Positions 23,975-38,286 of a stretch of DNA of 64,000 bases are shown in pieces. The notes below the pieces were generated by a model. The model ran no database searches. It was not told the origin of the DNA and saw only the letters and a list, made by a program, of their open reading frames with translations. The stretch covers positions 250,046,001-250,110,000 of the forward strand of contig OZ024740.1 in NCBI GenBank assembly GCA_964016885.1. Reading direction: 5' to 3'. Position 1 is the first letter of the stretch. The number at the start of each line of letters is the position of its first letter. The translations under genes and the position numbers were made by a program. The DNA comes from Eledone cirrhosa. Taxonomy: Eukaryota.

Positions 23975-26135
23975 ATCATCATCATCATCATCATCATCAT
24001 TTTACGTCCGCTTTTCCCTGCTTGCAAGGGTGGGACGGGTCTTATACAGCACAGCATCTCTCCACTTGTCACGGTCCTTCGTCATCTCCACCGTGAGCTT
24101 CAGCGATCTGAGGTCTGTTCTCACCACCTCCACCCATGTTTTTTGTACCAGGATCTGCATTGCGTGCATTTTATAGAATTTATGCCAGTTCCTTTTCTGC
24201 ATATCGAACATGGCCATTTCCCTGACCGAATCAGAATTTTGTCCTCTTTTCTACTCATCAACACTTTTGTCTTAGCTAGGTTCACTCTCAGTCCTCTTGC
24301 TTCCAACTGCTGTTTCCATAGGCAGAATTTATTCTCTAGCTCCTCTACTGATTCTGCTATAAGAACCAGATCATCAGCATAGAGAAGTTCCCATGGACAG
24401 CCAGTCTTAAACTCCTCTGTTGTGGCTTGGAGAACTATAATGAACAAGAGCAGGCTGAGGACTGAACCTTGATGTACTTTTACTTGTATCTGGAATTCCT
24501 CACTAAACTCCATTCCTACCCTGACTTTACTGACAATACCTCTGTACAAAGTTTGCACTATCCTTATAAGCCATTCCTCAACACCTAGTTTCCTTAGGGA
24601 CCACCAGATGACAGATTGGGGTACCCTATCAAAGGCCTTCTCTAGGTCAACAAAGGCTAAGTATAGTGCTTATTCTTCTCTAAGAACCTCTCTTGTAATT
24701 GTCTCACCAAGAAGAGGGCATCTGTTGTACTCTTCCCAGGCACAAAACCAAACTGCATGTCATCTTGTTTGACCCTTTCTCTAATTAGTTGTGCTAATAT
24801 CCTTTCTGCCACTTTCATAACCTGATCCATCAGTTTTATACCCCTATAATACCTTTGTAGCAATTTACGAGAATACTGCTGCACCAGTCTTTAGGTATGA
24901 CACCACCATATATAGCCTGATTGATGATGCATGCAACCAGTTTAGTGCCTACGTCCCCTGATGCCTTCAGCATCTTAGCAACTATCCCCGACGGTCCAAT
25001 GGCCTTATATTCGTCAATCTCAATAGCTGGTCCCTCTGTCGGATCTACCAAGGGTAATTTCTCTCTCTCCCATTCGTTCTCCACATTCATCAGTCTCTCA
25101 TAATGACATTTCCAGGCCTCCTTTTTCTGATCATTCGTGACACTAAGTACACCGGCATCATTCCGGACACATTTACCTCCAACGACATCCTGATTTGCAT
25201 TGACACAATCCCTTGCAATGTGGAATACCGCATGTCTCTGATCTTCCTGTCGCAGAACATTGGCAAACCTCCTACTCTCAGCCTCCCTGCGTGCTAAGTA
25301 TACCTGATGTCTAGCTTCTCTCTTAGCAGCTGTATATCCTTCTTTAATCCCATCCTTTTTCCAAGCCTTCCATGCTAGTCTTTTGTCTCTAATGGCCATA
25401 TCTACTGTGCTGTTCCACCACCAGTTCACTCTCTGTCTGGTTGGAGCTCTGCTCCAGCCACAGGTTTCATCAGTAACCTGCAGTAAGTTGTCACATAAGA
25501 AATTCCAGTTATTATCTATGTCATACGTCTCTAAATTGTCTTCTTTTTCGTCATACACATCTTGAAGGGCTTTCCTAAATTTGTATTTTAGTGAAAGGTC
25601 TTTTAGCTTCCAGACCTTTCTTCTTCACACCTTCCTGTATGTCTCATTCCATCTCTTGCTTACTGAGATATCACTAACGACTAACCTATGCTGTGGGGTA
25701 CATTCTTCCCCAGGGTATGCCTTGGTATTTGACACCATCTGCCTGTCCCGCTGCCTTACTAGCTTATGTGCTCGCCTGATTTGTAGGTTATTAGGTGGTT
25801 GGCTGGTTTCTGGAAGTTAGTGTTGCAAATAGTCAGTGTACTTGCATCACAAAATTCAAGAAGTCTCACTCCTTCTTCATTTCTTGAGCCGTAACCGTGC
25901 CCACCATGTATCCCAGTGTAACCATCCTGGAGCTGTCCAACATCACCATTGAAGTCCCCTGCTAGCATAACAATGTCCTCTGTCATTGCAGTTGTTTGTA
26001 AAAGTTGCTCGTCTTTCTCTTCTTTGCCTAGGCCTACTTGGGGAGCATAGGCAGAGATGATTGTCAGTAGTCTCCTGCCTACAACTCATCTAAGCTTACT
26101 TATTCGGTTACTAACTCGAACAACCTCTATTGTCT
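23975..26135 (-). mobile_element. RTE LINE (APE and RT) with internal deletion near 24140
   Basis: AGDFNGDVG..RNEEGVRLLEFC (endonuclease), LLYADDLVL; jumps from the Cys-rich domain to the 3' end; (cat)n tail. Confidence 0.95.
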
Positions 26136-26179
26136 TATTAATCCATCTATCCATCTGTTATATATATATATATGCACAT

Positions 26180-26420
26180 TGTGACAAGAAGCTTGCTTCC
26201 CAACCACATGTTTCCGGGTTCAGTCCCACTGCCCGGGCCAACCAAAGCCCTGTGAGTGGATTTGATAGACCAAAATTAAAAGAGGCCCATCGTATATATG
26301 TATATATGTCTGTGTGCGTCTTTGCGTTTGTATTTGCCGTCCCACCAATGCTTGTTGGTTTGTTGACGACCCCATAACTTACCAAGGTGATGCTCCAGCA
26401 TGGGAATAGTCCAGAGACAG
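26180..26420 (+). mobile_element. SINE family C (common octopus tRNA-derived SINE; older relics near 1680-2090, 40195-40400, 60290-60470)
   Basis: aagaagcttgcttcccaaccacatg..gggttcagtcccactgc..ccaaagccctgtgagtggatttg, recognised from memory as an abundant Octopus repeat. Confidence 0.7.
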
Positions 26421-26433
26421 AAAAAAAGGAAAG

Positions 26434-26464
<31 letters not shown>

Positions 26465-26549
26465 CTAGAAGAGGGGTCTCAAACTCAAGGACATAAAAGG
26501 GCCATTACATCCTAGAGGAAAGGCACAGTGGTTTTCACCAATTATAATC

Positions 26550-26762
26550 ATTTCTACTATAGGCTCAAGGCATGAAATTTGGGGTTTAGGGTTCAGTCGA
26601 TTACATCGATCCCAGTTTACAACTGGTACTTAATTTATCGACTCCAAAAGGATGAAAGGCAAAGTTGAGATCGGTGGAATTTGAACTCAAAACGTAAAAA
26701 CGGAAGAAGTACTGTTAAGCATTTTGCCAGATGTGTTAACGATTCCACCAGCTCGCCGCCTT
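26550..26762 (-). mobile_element. SINE A-related variant inserted in a hAT-type MITE (about 26470-26855)
   Basis: Shares ggtacttaatttatcgac..aaggatgaaaggcaaagt..atttgaactc; host has aggggtctcaaact...ccccctg ends. Confidence 0.65.
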
Positions 26763-26899
26763 ATTTGCACCAGTTATAATGCAATCTGAAATATTGCTTC
26801 TACCATGGGCCATAGAAAAGTAGTTTGCGGGCCACATATTTGTTGTGCCCCCTGTTGGAGATATAGATACCTTTCTTTATTTGCCACAGGGGCGTACAG

Positions 26900-29350
26900 A
26901 AATGGGACATTACAAGACGTGATGGCGGGGGTTTTACATAAAATCTTTAACAATGATAAATAACAATAAACTATATAAAAATAAAACAATTGAAATCCCC
27001 ATTAGGGGTAGGGGTTCTACTGCGGGTTTGTTTTACACCCCGTGGATAGAACAATCCTCAACACCACGAACATGTTTTGTAGTTGTTCCCGTCTTCCCTC
27101 TGTTTATCTTCCTCAACCTACAGAGAAGGCCCATTGACCCGGGCCGTTTTCGCCACATTCACCCACCTTTCAGCAAATTTACTGGGATGTAGCACCTCTC
27201 TCTTCACTCTCATCTTCCTTCTGAAGTGGTACTTAAAGAATGGGATGAGTTCTTGTCTGGAGAGAAAGGTGCTTGCCCTCAGTCCTTTTAACCTCGTCCA
27301 TCATATTACCTCTTTCGCCATAGCCACCAGACAGAGGAAGACCGCCTCTCCTTCATCCTTAAATGAAGGTGGCGGGGTGATCCTCACGATGGACTCGGCT
27401 GACAACTGGATGCATCCTACATGTGACAGTAGCTGTTCGACATAATTCCACAGGTCGGTCACCCCTGGGCACTGAACAATTGCGTGCAGAATGGTTTTGA
27501 GGTCCTGCTCGCATCTTGGACAGGTTCTTTTGGCAGGATCTGCCAGGGTATCCATGCTTCTAGATGTTGTCTCAAATGGTAGAGCTCCTCGGTAGCACTG
27601 CCAGGCCAGAGACCTCTGGAAGTTATCCATAGGCCCTAGACGGAAAGTCCTCCCGAACAGACTGGTCAGTTTTTCTTCCTCGATGCCTAGAGTTTCCCCG
27701 AGAATGTCATCGCACTTATCCTCCACTAATCCCCTATAGAATGTCGAAGTGGAGTCTCCGCTGATTGCTGTTTCCGCTTGGTAGAGAGCTGTGAGCGCCT
27801 GAAGGCACTCGAGGTGCCAGGCACCCATTTTTGGTCTTCGCTTGACCCAGGACTGCAGCTCTGTTAGTGAGACGAGTTGTGGAAGAGCTTGTCTCACAAA
27901 CAACAGCCACACCGGTTCGCCGGTCAGGAATACCTGGAGATAGCGTAGCCTCTGCACATGTTTGCACATCATCAGCCACGGCATGCCCAGCCCTCCGTTA
28001 GAAGGGTGTTGACAACAGATGGATCTCCTCACCAATGGAGCCTGTTTCTTCCAGAGGAACTTGAAGAGTAGGCGTTCCATTTTGGTGAGATATTTGTGGG
28101 GACAAGGCATGGCTGTCAAGCGGTAGTAGATGATGGGCGCTATGTAAGTGTTCACCACCTCCACTCGACCTTTTAAGGAGAGTTTGCACTCAGCCCACTT
28201 CTGGTTGAGTGCAAACACCTTTGCCATGACCTTGTTCCAGTTCTTGTCCACCTGGAGGCCTGGACCAAACCAGACCCCGAGCAATTTCACCGGTTCTTCC
28301 GTCCAGCATCCAACAACACTGTCGGAAGGCATGGGTTTGCCTCTCCATGTGCCGAGTTGCAAACCAAGACTTGTTTGGGTTTAGTCTTGCTCCTGTCAAC
28401 GTTTCGTATTCCTGTAATAGGTTGCCGATTACCCTGATTTTCAAGGTTTTCGACACCTTTACAGTTATGTCGTCGGCATAGGCCGACGCTGCTTTCTGCA
28501 GTCCTGGTTCGATCGGGATGTCCTGCAACAGCTCCAACTTCCGCAGTAATGGCTCCAGAGTCAGTACATACAGAATGGAGGAGAGAGGGCACCCCTGACG
28601 GATGGAACGCATGATTTGGAATGGCTCCTTGACTGCTGGTGTGCATGGCAGTGATCCAGCCTCTGAACACGGGACTGAAGCCGGCCGCCTTGAGAACCGC
28701 TTCCAAGTATTGATGGTCGACCCTATCAAATGCCTTAGACTGATCTAAATTGATCAGAGCCCCAGTGAAGCCAGGTTTACACCCTACCCTCTCTATGATG
28801 TACCGCATGAGGTGGGGGTTGTCGTGTATAGACCTGGTCGGGATTGCATACATTTGCGCTTCCCCTACCAGGTTCTCGACGACAAGTGCCAGCCTCGGTA
28901 ACTCTGTGTTGAGCAGAGTTATGGGCCTGAAATTGCTTATCTCATCCCCCTTGTTCTCATCTTTCCTGATCAGCGTTAATACACCTTGCCTACAGAACTG
29001 GGAATCCTCCCGTTCTGCTGCCAGTTGCAGTAGACCTCTTCGAGGACACCAGAGAACAAGTCTGGGATGCCTATGTAAAACTCATAGGGTAGACTATCTA
29101 AACCGGGTGATTAGCGTTTCCTGCAGCGGCCTAGAGCATCTTCTATTTCGCCCGCTGTGATCGGCTTTTCGCAGCTCTCTGCATTCGTGCTCGAGAGTCG
29201 TGGTACTCCGTCACAGCTGAAGTCCATCACTCCCTTGACGTACCGCTTTGCCCGAACAGTTGGGCAAAATGCTGTTGTAAGGTCGTGCACATCTGCTTGG
29301 ATTCAAGTAGAATGCGTCCATCATTGTCTTGCAAATACCGAAGATAGATA
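26900..29350 (-). mobile_element. Tx1/L1-clade LINE, ORF2 RT and C-terminal zinc knuckle, frameshifted
   Basis: FRPITLLNTE, NLDQSKAFDRVDH, RQGCPLS, AYADDIT, LSLKGRVEVVN, GGLGMP, CPRC..TILHAIVQCP. Confidence 0.93.
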
Positions 29351-30264
29351 GACGTGTACCAAACACACACACACATTTCTTACTCTCTCTGTCTCTCCCT
29401 CTTTCTATCTTCATTTATATATATATAAAAAATGGTGATGATGATGATGATGATATATATATGGCGTTGTTATTTGGCGTTGTTGAAAAGAGCAGTGGCC
29501 TTTGACCTGGCAATAAAAACTGGAGACAAAATTCTTTCTGTACCAAAAACAAGGCACACACACAAGTTTGTGTGTGTGTGTGTGTGTGTATCTATCTATG
29601 TATATATATATATATATATAGATATATATATATAACAAAGGAATTGTGGTAAGGAACCAGATGGACCTGTAGAACAATAGGGGAGTGAGTGGAGCGGTCA
29701 AGCTTTGAAAGTGATATGTATACAGCAGATTCTAAGGATAATGTATGAAGTGGAGGAGGGAGGTTATAGAATAGGTAAATAAAAAGAGAGTAGGAGACAA
29801 TAAAAGATAATAGAAATAAATAAAAAAATATATATAATTAGATAGTGAGAAATGAATAAAAAAATCACAATGCTATCTTACAATTACAGGTTAATAAGTT
29901 GAGAATAGAAAAAATTTGTAGAAATTGAGTAGTAACAAAACTGATATAAGTAGTTAGTAAAACGTATTCGGCCAATTCTATCTTGAAATTACAGGGGTGG
30001 GGGAACTGATGCTACAGAGGCCTGATGGGCTGCATTGGGGTAGGCGAAAGGGCAAGCAGACGAGGAAGAAAATAGGGGGTGGAAGGAAGTGGAAGGATGA
30101 GACAGGGGGAAGAAGAAGACAAAGAGAAAAAGAAAAGATATACATCTACCTATGTAAGCTGGGGTTTCCCCTAACTTATTCAGCAAGTGTGTGTGTGTGT
30201 GGGGGGGTATCAGCCCTTGTCTACCCACCCGGGTTGTTATGGGGTTTGAGGGCGAGGTAAGTCC

Positions 30265-30490
30265 TACACAATATGTGTTTGCATGTGGTTACCAGTTCGT
30301 CTTTCTTGTTTAGGAGTTGGTCCTTCGAAAACAGCATTTGTAGTGTTTCCTCCGAGCATAAGTTACACAGACGGTGTCCTCCCATGTAAGAGTTAGCTCT
30401 GGACAGTAAGCTCCAAGTGAGATTGTAGGTTATATTATTATCTTGGAGGTCCCAGATGTGGCCCGAAAGTGTAGTGGCATGTCGCGGGAT
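30265..30490 (-). mobile_element. Penelope-like element GIY-YIG C-terminal fragment
   Basis: TTLSGHIWDLQDNNITYNLTWSLLSRANSYMGGHRLCNLCSEE..LLNKKDELVTTCKH. Confidence 0.7.
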
Positions 30491-30879
30491 ACAGATATTG
30501 TTTGCTCACTATCACCAGGCATCTCAATTCATTCGCTGCTACTAAGTATTTTATTTTGCAAGGTACTATTTTTCCCCTGTGTTTGTGATTTCAGAGAAAG
30601 GTAAGAAATTCTTCATATTTTGCATCTTTTGTATTTTGACTTTACAGTTTTAATTGTAGAATTGTTTATCCAATCAAAATATTGCAACAGTTAACAGTGA
30701 AATATAGAATTAAAAAAAAAGCTTTTTCGACTGAGAACATTCACATCTATTTTTCAAAAATATATAATTTGAAATAGTTTGCTTTTGTTTTGGACTGAAA
30801 CTATTTTGTATTTAATTCGTACGGGTATTTTTAAAAGATATTTTTAAAGATTCTAACATAACTTGATTTGGCCCATTAC

Positions 30880-32213
30880 GGGCACTGTGGCATTCATATT
30901 TCTCAACTTATTATAGCTAAGTCTGTACAACAAGCTTCACTTATCAAAAATGTTCTAGGTTACGTGAATGAATTGCGGAAACTATATAGTACATCAGGAA
31001 AATTTAAGCACGCGTATTTATCACAACATGATTAAGAAAATGAAGTATTGTCATCACGCTCCTTAAAACCTGTGCGCCCTACTCGATAGCTAACATGACT
31101 TTCTGCAGTCAAAGCCCTTCTTGAAAATTATTCAGATGCCCTTATTCTTACATGTCACTCTCCGGGCCAATTGCACGTTGTAGTTCCATTACTTCAACTC
31201 CTTGAAGGATTGAACAAATCTTTTCAAAGTACCACCTTCAATCTAGGTGACATGTTGCATAGTGTCAAACTGGTGCAGGAGGAGCTAAAAACCTATGCAC
31301 TGAAGAAAAAGAGATGTTCAATACAGCAGAAAAAATGATTTATCAACTCGATATTTCTCCTTTGGAGCTACCCAGGCAACGAAAAGTTCCTAAAAGATAC
31401 CAGGAAGGAAATGAGTTAAAATATCAACACTGCACTGCTTTGGATCATTACAGAGTACAGTATTTGCAGGTAGTAGATACCGCAATATCAAATTTGAAAG
31501 ATTATTTTTTTAACAGGATTTAGCAGATTATGAAAAACTGAGCAATATTTTATTCAATGGAAATGTTTGTGCTGAAGTGATCATGCATTATCCAGAGCTT
31601 GATGAATTTTCTTTAAGGAACGAAATACTTTTTTATAGAAATCATCATAATGGATCATCTCTCGATGATCATCGTAAAATATTCGGTGAAATGCAACCAG
31701 AAGTCCGTCGCATGTTTCCAAATGTTGAGCGATTGCTTAGGCTACTTTTAGTGTTTCAACCAGTTCCTGTGAAGCTGAAAAATCTTTTAGCGCTCTGCTG
31801 AGACTCAAAACTTGGTTGCGATGGACCATGACTCAGCAAAGGTTGAATCATATTCTAATATGCCATGTTCATAGAGATGTTTTGAAAAAGGTTAGTTGTG
31901 AAGAAGTTGTTAAATTATTTATTGACAGCTATGATGTGAGATATGATACATTTGGAAAGTTCTAAAAGACAATAAATTTACTTTATATTTTTTTTATTCA
32001 AACGTCTATGTCTTATTTTTTGTTTATTTGATATAATAAATACTTTTTAAGCTTATTTTTTAATATCTGAACTTCATTTGAATATATAAAATTTAATTAG
32101 CATAAAATTTTACTTATGTGATAGGGTCCAGGAAAGACACCATAAGTAATACTAACATGCTCCAACAAATGTTGGTTTGTCCCCCTCACATTTTTAAGGC
32201 AAACGAGGCCCCT
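30880..32213 (+). mobile_element. Decayed hAT (ZMYM1-like) transposon 3' half
   Basis: LPRQRKVPKRY, EAEKSFSALLRLKTWLRWTMTQQRLN; ends gaggcccctg (TIR-like). Confidence 0.8.
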
Positions 32214-33021
32214 GGAAAAGAGCAGCATTATTCATGAATTCACTGGCCCGTTCATCACCGTGTTCGGCTTGACCTCGATACTTCATTCTTACTAACATTC
32301 GGTTTGCTTGACCCCATCTTCTCTTTATTGCATTTCCACATCATTTATTCTATAACTAGGTTGTTGCTGTACCTATATAAACGTTTGCTTATCAAAATAA
32401 ACTGACTGTGGCTGTATTCTACTACATACTACAATCAAGTCTTCTGTTATAGCCTCGGGCTTAAGGAAGGGCTTTTGCAGTCTTCAACAGTCATCCATTA
32501 CAATTGCAGCACCATTACAAGAATATCACAATGATGCATTAAGGTAAGGGCGATAATTTGAGTAACTCTGACTAATAAGTAACTTAGTATTATCGCATCT
32601 TATCACTATGTGCTTAATTGATGAATTCCATTTCAAAATAGCACATTACTAGTCATTCTTGCATTAAGTTCTATTGAACCCGTTGCCTCATTGATCCTGC
32701 CTTATTGAGTCTGCCACCTTAATTCCCGCCAAGCTAAGTTATTACTATTCCTACATGAAATATTACTATTACTAATAAATACTATTACTATTCCTACATT
32801 ACTATTCCTTCATATATAACTTGTCTCGACTTGGTTAATTAATGACAGTATTTGTTTTTCATTGCAGTTGTGTTTATTACAAAGTGTTATTCCAGAACAT
32901 TACTTGAAACTTTATTATACTGGAACAGGACTCATTATAGTAAGTTCCTTATACATAATTTTATAGGCTTATAAAGGCAAATCTTTGCATAACTTTACCA
33001 AACACATTCGATAAACAGAAA

Positions 33022-34650
33022 ATGGCTTCAGCAATGAAGAAAAAATACAGGCAGTACAGCGTTGATTACTTACGGTTCGTATTCATCCCATCGTCGTCGA
33101 ACCACCTGTCACCATGTGTTTAATTTGCAAGAACTCCTTTTCAAATGAGGCAATGAAGCCATCGCGTTTGAGTAGACACCTGGAGGTGAGGCACCCCGAT
33201 AAGAGATATAAAGATTTAGCATACTTTCGACTGTTAGGGACCAATTTCAGAAAACAGCACTAATTTCTTCTGCCTTTTCAAAAGTTGAAGCTTCAAATGT
33301 TGATGGTCTTGTCGCATCTTATAACATTGCCAACATAATCGCAAAGTGTGGCAAGCCCCATTCCTTGGGTGAAACATTGGTAGTTCCTGTCATCTCAGAA
33401 GTTCTTTCAACAGTACTACGTCAGAACCCGTTAAAGACCTTGAAATGTATTTCGCATTGACGAAATGGCGGAAAATGTTGAACACAAATTATGCAACATC
33501 TTGAAATCGACACAATTTGCTTTGCAACTTGATAAAAGCACACTTTCCAGGAATCAGTCCTTACTGCTGGGATACGTGCGATTTTTCCACCAAAACGAAT
33601 GCACGAGGAGCTTCTATTCACTCTGAATCTAACCACAGATACTAAAGGTGTCATCATCTTTGAATCTGTGAAGAATACCTCAAAGAAAAAGAGATACCTA
33701 TTAACAACATTGTATCATATGCTACGGACAATGCAAGAGCAATGGTCAGTCAACATAAGGGTTTCATCTCTCTTCTGATGAGAGAAAATCCATCTGTATT
33801 TACTGTTCATTGTCATTCATCAACAACACGTGGCTGCGAAGAAACTCAGCGAGCCCCTGAGCAAATCTTTTCAAGTAGCCATTGATGTCATCAATTATAT
33901 CAAACGCCATGCCCTCAATGAACAAATTTTCCAACTACTGAGCAAAGATAATAACGAAGAATTCGTCGAGTTGCTCCTTCATACTGAAGTGAGGACACAG
34001 AACTGTACAATGTGAGGCAAGACTGCGCCTACCACTTCGACAAATGCAATAGCCTCATTATGGCTTTGCAGGGGGAGAAGGTCACCTTGTTTAAAGCAAG
34101 GAATGCTGTGAAAATATTCCTGGCCAAATTGAAAGTCATCGAAAGGAATCTCTGTCGACAGGAATTCTATAATTTTCCTAGTGTCGCCAATGTTCAAAAC
34201 ATTGTGAGCGATGACCAACTCCAAATTTATACCGCTCACCTCCGTTCGCTACAAGACAACATCAGAGAACGGTTTGGCAGATGGACATCCCAATGTGTAT
34301 AGCAGATCCCTTCATAGCTAACGTCGACGATTTGGACGTTAAATTTCAGGAAGAATTCATTGAACTTCAAGCAGATGACATGATCAAAATTAGATTTTCC
34401 AAAATAGGTGAACCCCAAGGAAATTCAGCATCGATTTCCACTCCTACATGCAGAGGCTAAGAGATTTGCTCTGCCTTTTCCTAGCTCATACTTAGTCGAG
34501 AGGGGGTTTGGCACTGTTTCCAGACTGCATAGTAAGACTTGCAACCGCTACAATATAATTACACATGGAGATCTCCGGCTACATCTTGCGAAAATCCAGC
34601 CTGATGTCAAAGAGTTGGCTAAACTCCATGAAGCTGAAGAGTCCCATTGA
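33022..34650 (+). mobile_element. Decayed hAT Buster/Charlie (ZBED5-like) transposase; right TIR near 35240-35255
   Basis: RQYSVDYL, SNEAMKPSRLSRHL, KPHSLGETL, LLHTEVR, FPSSYLVERGF, GDLRL; ggttgagaacctgtg followed by ctctag. Confidence 0.88.
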
Positions 34651-35499
34651 AATGAGATATTCTATTGTTACGAAGCAAACTAACAATTTTTTTATTTGTA
34701 GTTGCAGTCTGACTGGACTGGAAACCATCTACCACAATTCACTTACTCATTTGTTGTATGTATTTTACCATTTACTAATAAATAAACTACTCTTGCGTGG
34801 TCATGAAAACCCTCTTCCGTGGTCTCTAGGCTCACAAAGCGGAGAGGACATCAAGTTTTCAACATTTATTCTGTCCATTTCATTAAAGGGAAAATTGGAA
34901 AGCTTTGAAATGATATAATTGCCATTTTTTTCCAGATAAGGGAACTCTTTGGATAGACAGAGTTGCTCTTGTATAAATGTTCAAAATAGCTGGTATTGCC
35001 TGGTGGGAATATAACAAATTCAACTGGTCCTTATTCATAAAAAAGAACATTTATGTTCCTCATTTTGAAATTTTATATACTTCATTTCAAGGAATGTATT
35101 TATACTCTCAGCTGCCTGCAATGGTATCTTTGGAATATTGTAACCAATTTTTTAGTAATCTACTGATATCAAAATCAGTAGTATATTGAAAAGTGGAAAA
35201 ATAGGGTAGGGGGTGTTTCGTGATTTTGAGGGCCGAAATGGGTTGAGAACCTGTGCTCTAGTTCATACATTTCGTAGATTTGGCTTGAATGAACTAGTAA
35301 TTTGTTGTTTCTTTTTAATTTTTGTACTTGATTCTACGTCCTAAGCATTAATAATTGGGTAAGGAGGTTTCCGTATAACTATGTATTGATGAATTGTTTA
35401 GTAATTATTTTATGGTCTATTTTAGATTAATTACGGAAGCATTAAGTATGTATTCTCTGGAAAGTTTTCGTATTTTATGCATATAGGTGTTAAATATGT

Positions 35500-38015
35500 G
35501 GGAGCGTTTATTAATAACTTGGTGTTTTCTATATTCTGGGTGTGGCCTTTGTACAAGTCTTGGTTGTTACACAATTCTGCATCAAGAAAGTCATACAGCA
35601 CTTACACTACCAACTCCACCAACACATACAAAATATCTCTGATACACTTCCAAAACTAATTATAACCCCAGAGTCACTGCTCCAACCACCTCAATCTCGA
35701 GATGAAATGCCTGAAACCATGATTCCTATGGCTTTGCAAAAAACACCGCCGTAACAACAATTCTTCACACTACAACAACAGAACTACCACCACTGAGGTC
35801 ACTGACAAGGAACTACCACCACTGAGGTCACTGACACTTCAAACAATACTACAACTCTCGTCACAGACTTAACAGGATCGCTATCACACGAAAAACCTAA
35901 ACTCCCCAGTCTTGGCCCCAAATCTATATTAACTCAGTGACGAGACAACAGGATGAAACTAAATCTTGAAGCCAGCTTTTGCCGAGCTGCCTACCAACTC
36001 AAATGGCTTTCAGTAATAAACAACATCACTGTATTGAAGAGCACTAAATTTTCTATATACCACTTAGACCACCCACTCTCTCCACCGCCTATCGACCGAG
36101 AGCTTGACCTCAAATTCACCAGACTTAAGCAGTCTATTTTTAACCTATTACTGAAACATAAGAAGGTATTCCCTAACCTCTCCAGGAAGCAACATCTCAT
36201 TCTAAACAACATGCGAGAGAAGGACCTCGATAAAGGGAAATAAATCTGCGTCATCTCTAGGGATACATAGAACAGCTTGGCATATGAGCACCCTAACAAC
36301 GGTGAACTATATACAGAAGTGAAAAAGATAATTGTATCCCAGATTGAAGATCACATCAACACCACCTGGACGGATATCTGCAGACATAGACAACTCCCCA
36401 ACAAATATGTAAACAACTTTACCACCAGAAACAGCAGACTACCAACATTCTACCACCTCATTAAAACCCACAAAACCAGTGTTAATCTACAGATTAGACC
36501 AATTGTCTCAAATATAGAAGGACCCCTCTATAAAATATCCTGGTTCCTCTCCCAATCCTCAAGCTTGCTACTTTTCCTGGACATGTCAGCATCTCCAACG
36601 AAGTCATACAAAGACTACATCATTTACAACCTAACCAACTTAAACTCAACAGATATGCCTTTAGCTTCGACGTTGTCTCCCTTTACATGACAGTACCCGC
36701 CCACCCAGTGGTCAACCTAGTGAATGACTGCATCACTTCATACAATATACACTGCTTCGGCCTCATGCCACAAAACACATCAGCTACTATCCGTTATTGT
36801 AGAAAATACATATTTTACAAACAAACAACAGGCCTACCCATGGGATCCATTCTTTCAGGCCTTCTGGTCATCACCTATATGAACCAACTGGAATGTCGAG
36901 CACTCAACACCTGCCACTCCTGTGTCTTCTTCCCCCCGATACATAGAGGATATACTCATCCTCACATCATCAAACATAGATAACAAAACAAAATTTACCA
37001 TAGAACACCCCAATGAAAATGGTTCCTTGTTCCTGCTGGACTTCCAGCTAGAATAACAGAAGGTGTTATATACACCAATTTCTAAAAGAAAGCCACCAGC
37101 AGAGACCTGTTTGTGCATTATAGATCAGCTTTCCCGCTTGGTGCTAAAAGCGGATACATAAGAAATGAACTTACGCATTTCCGGAATAAATGCAGCAAGG
37201 CAGAGGACCAGGTCCCTCAAACTGCACCCTTCATAGATGTACTGAAAACGAATGGATACCCAACACCCTTAGGAATCGAAGGGACCGCAGGCATAAGACC
37301 TCCTCTAACATCTGCTTCATGAAAGTACCACACTTCAGCCATCCAAAAAAAGGACTGGACATACAATTAGCACACTCCGGCCCTTCACGGCGTGGATACC
37401 TATCTAAAAAGAAATCCAGAGAAACAACAACCAATGCTCGCCGACTAACTGTTCTATCCGAGACACAGGTGTGTATACCGGATTGAAAGCAGCAAATTTA
37501 AGGAATTCTACATTGGTAGCACGACTGGAGCACTCCACACCCGCATTAACGAACACCCCAACACACATGTATCCTCATTCAAAAAAACACATTGAAAAAT
37601 GCAGAAACACCAATGAAAATATAACTGACAATATTGAAGCCAGAGAGAAAAGTGGGCAATTTAAGAATTAAGGAAGCCTTGCACATATGTAGACTCAATC
37701 CACAAATAAATAATAGATTAGAACTCAGTACACAATACTTAACATACAAAGACACACCACCCATACTCACATACACACAACCTAAACAACATCTCATACA
37801 AAACAGAAGAAAGAAGGAAATTGATTCCATGAAATACTACATCAGCAATTAATGTCATTCTCGTGAATAGCGAAATAACCACCAAAAAATGCTTGAAAAC
37901 GACTTAAGAAATTTAAATCTAAAATTAATCCCAAAGAAAAGAAACCGGAACATTTTTCTCTGAAAGTTCCTTAGACTCTGAAGAAGGGAATTTTAGGTCC
38001 CGAAATATTAGGACG
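35500..38015 (+). mobile_element. Decayed Penelope-like retroelement (RT and GIY-YIG)
   Basis: FYHLIKTHK..IRPIVSNIEGPLYKIS, FDVVSLY, QTTGLPMGS, FTIEHPNENGSL, LRIKEALHI..NPQIN; hammerhead-like core at the 3' end. Confidence 0.85.
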
Positions 38016-38255
38016 AAAGAAACAACAGCAAAAAAAAAAAGAACAAAACAAAGATTACCAGGTAACTTACTTTTTCGTTTTGCATTGTTTAGTCTTCTAT
38101 CTCTGTCCACATTATATATCATATACAATGCTTCAAGCAAACTAGAACATTTTATTACACACACACACACACACACATATATGTGTGTATATGTATATAT
38201 ATTCACATGCGCACATACACACACATATATATGTGTGTGTATATGTATGTATATG

Positions 38256-38285
<30 letters not shown>

Positions 38286-38286
<1 letters not shown>

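Noticed and set aside
26466-35260. Single giant Charlie/Buster element with nested Tx1 and hAT insertions
   Set aside because: Both ends lie beside TCTAG, but the putative TSDs (gtctagaa / ctctagtt) and TIRs do not match well enough.
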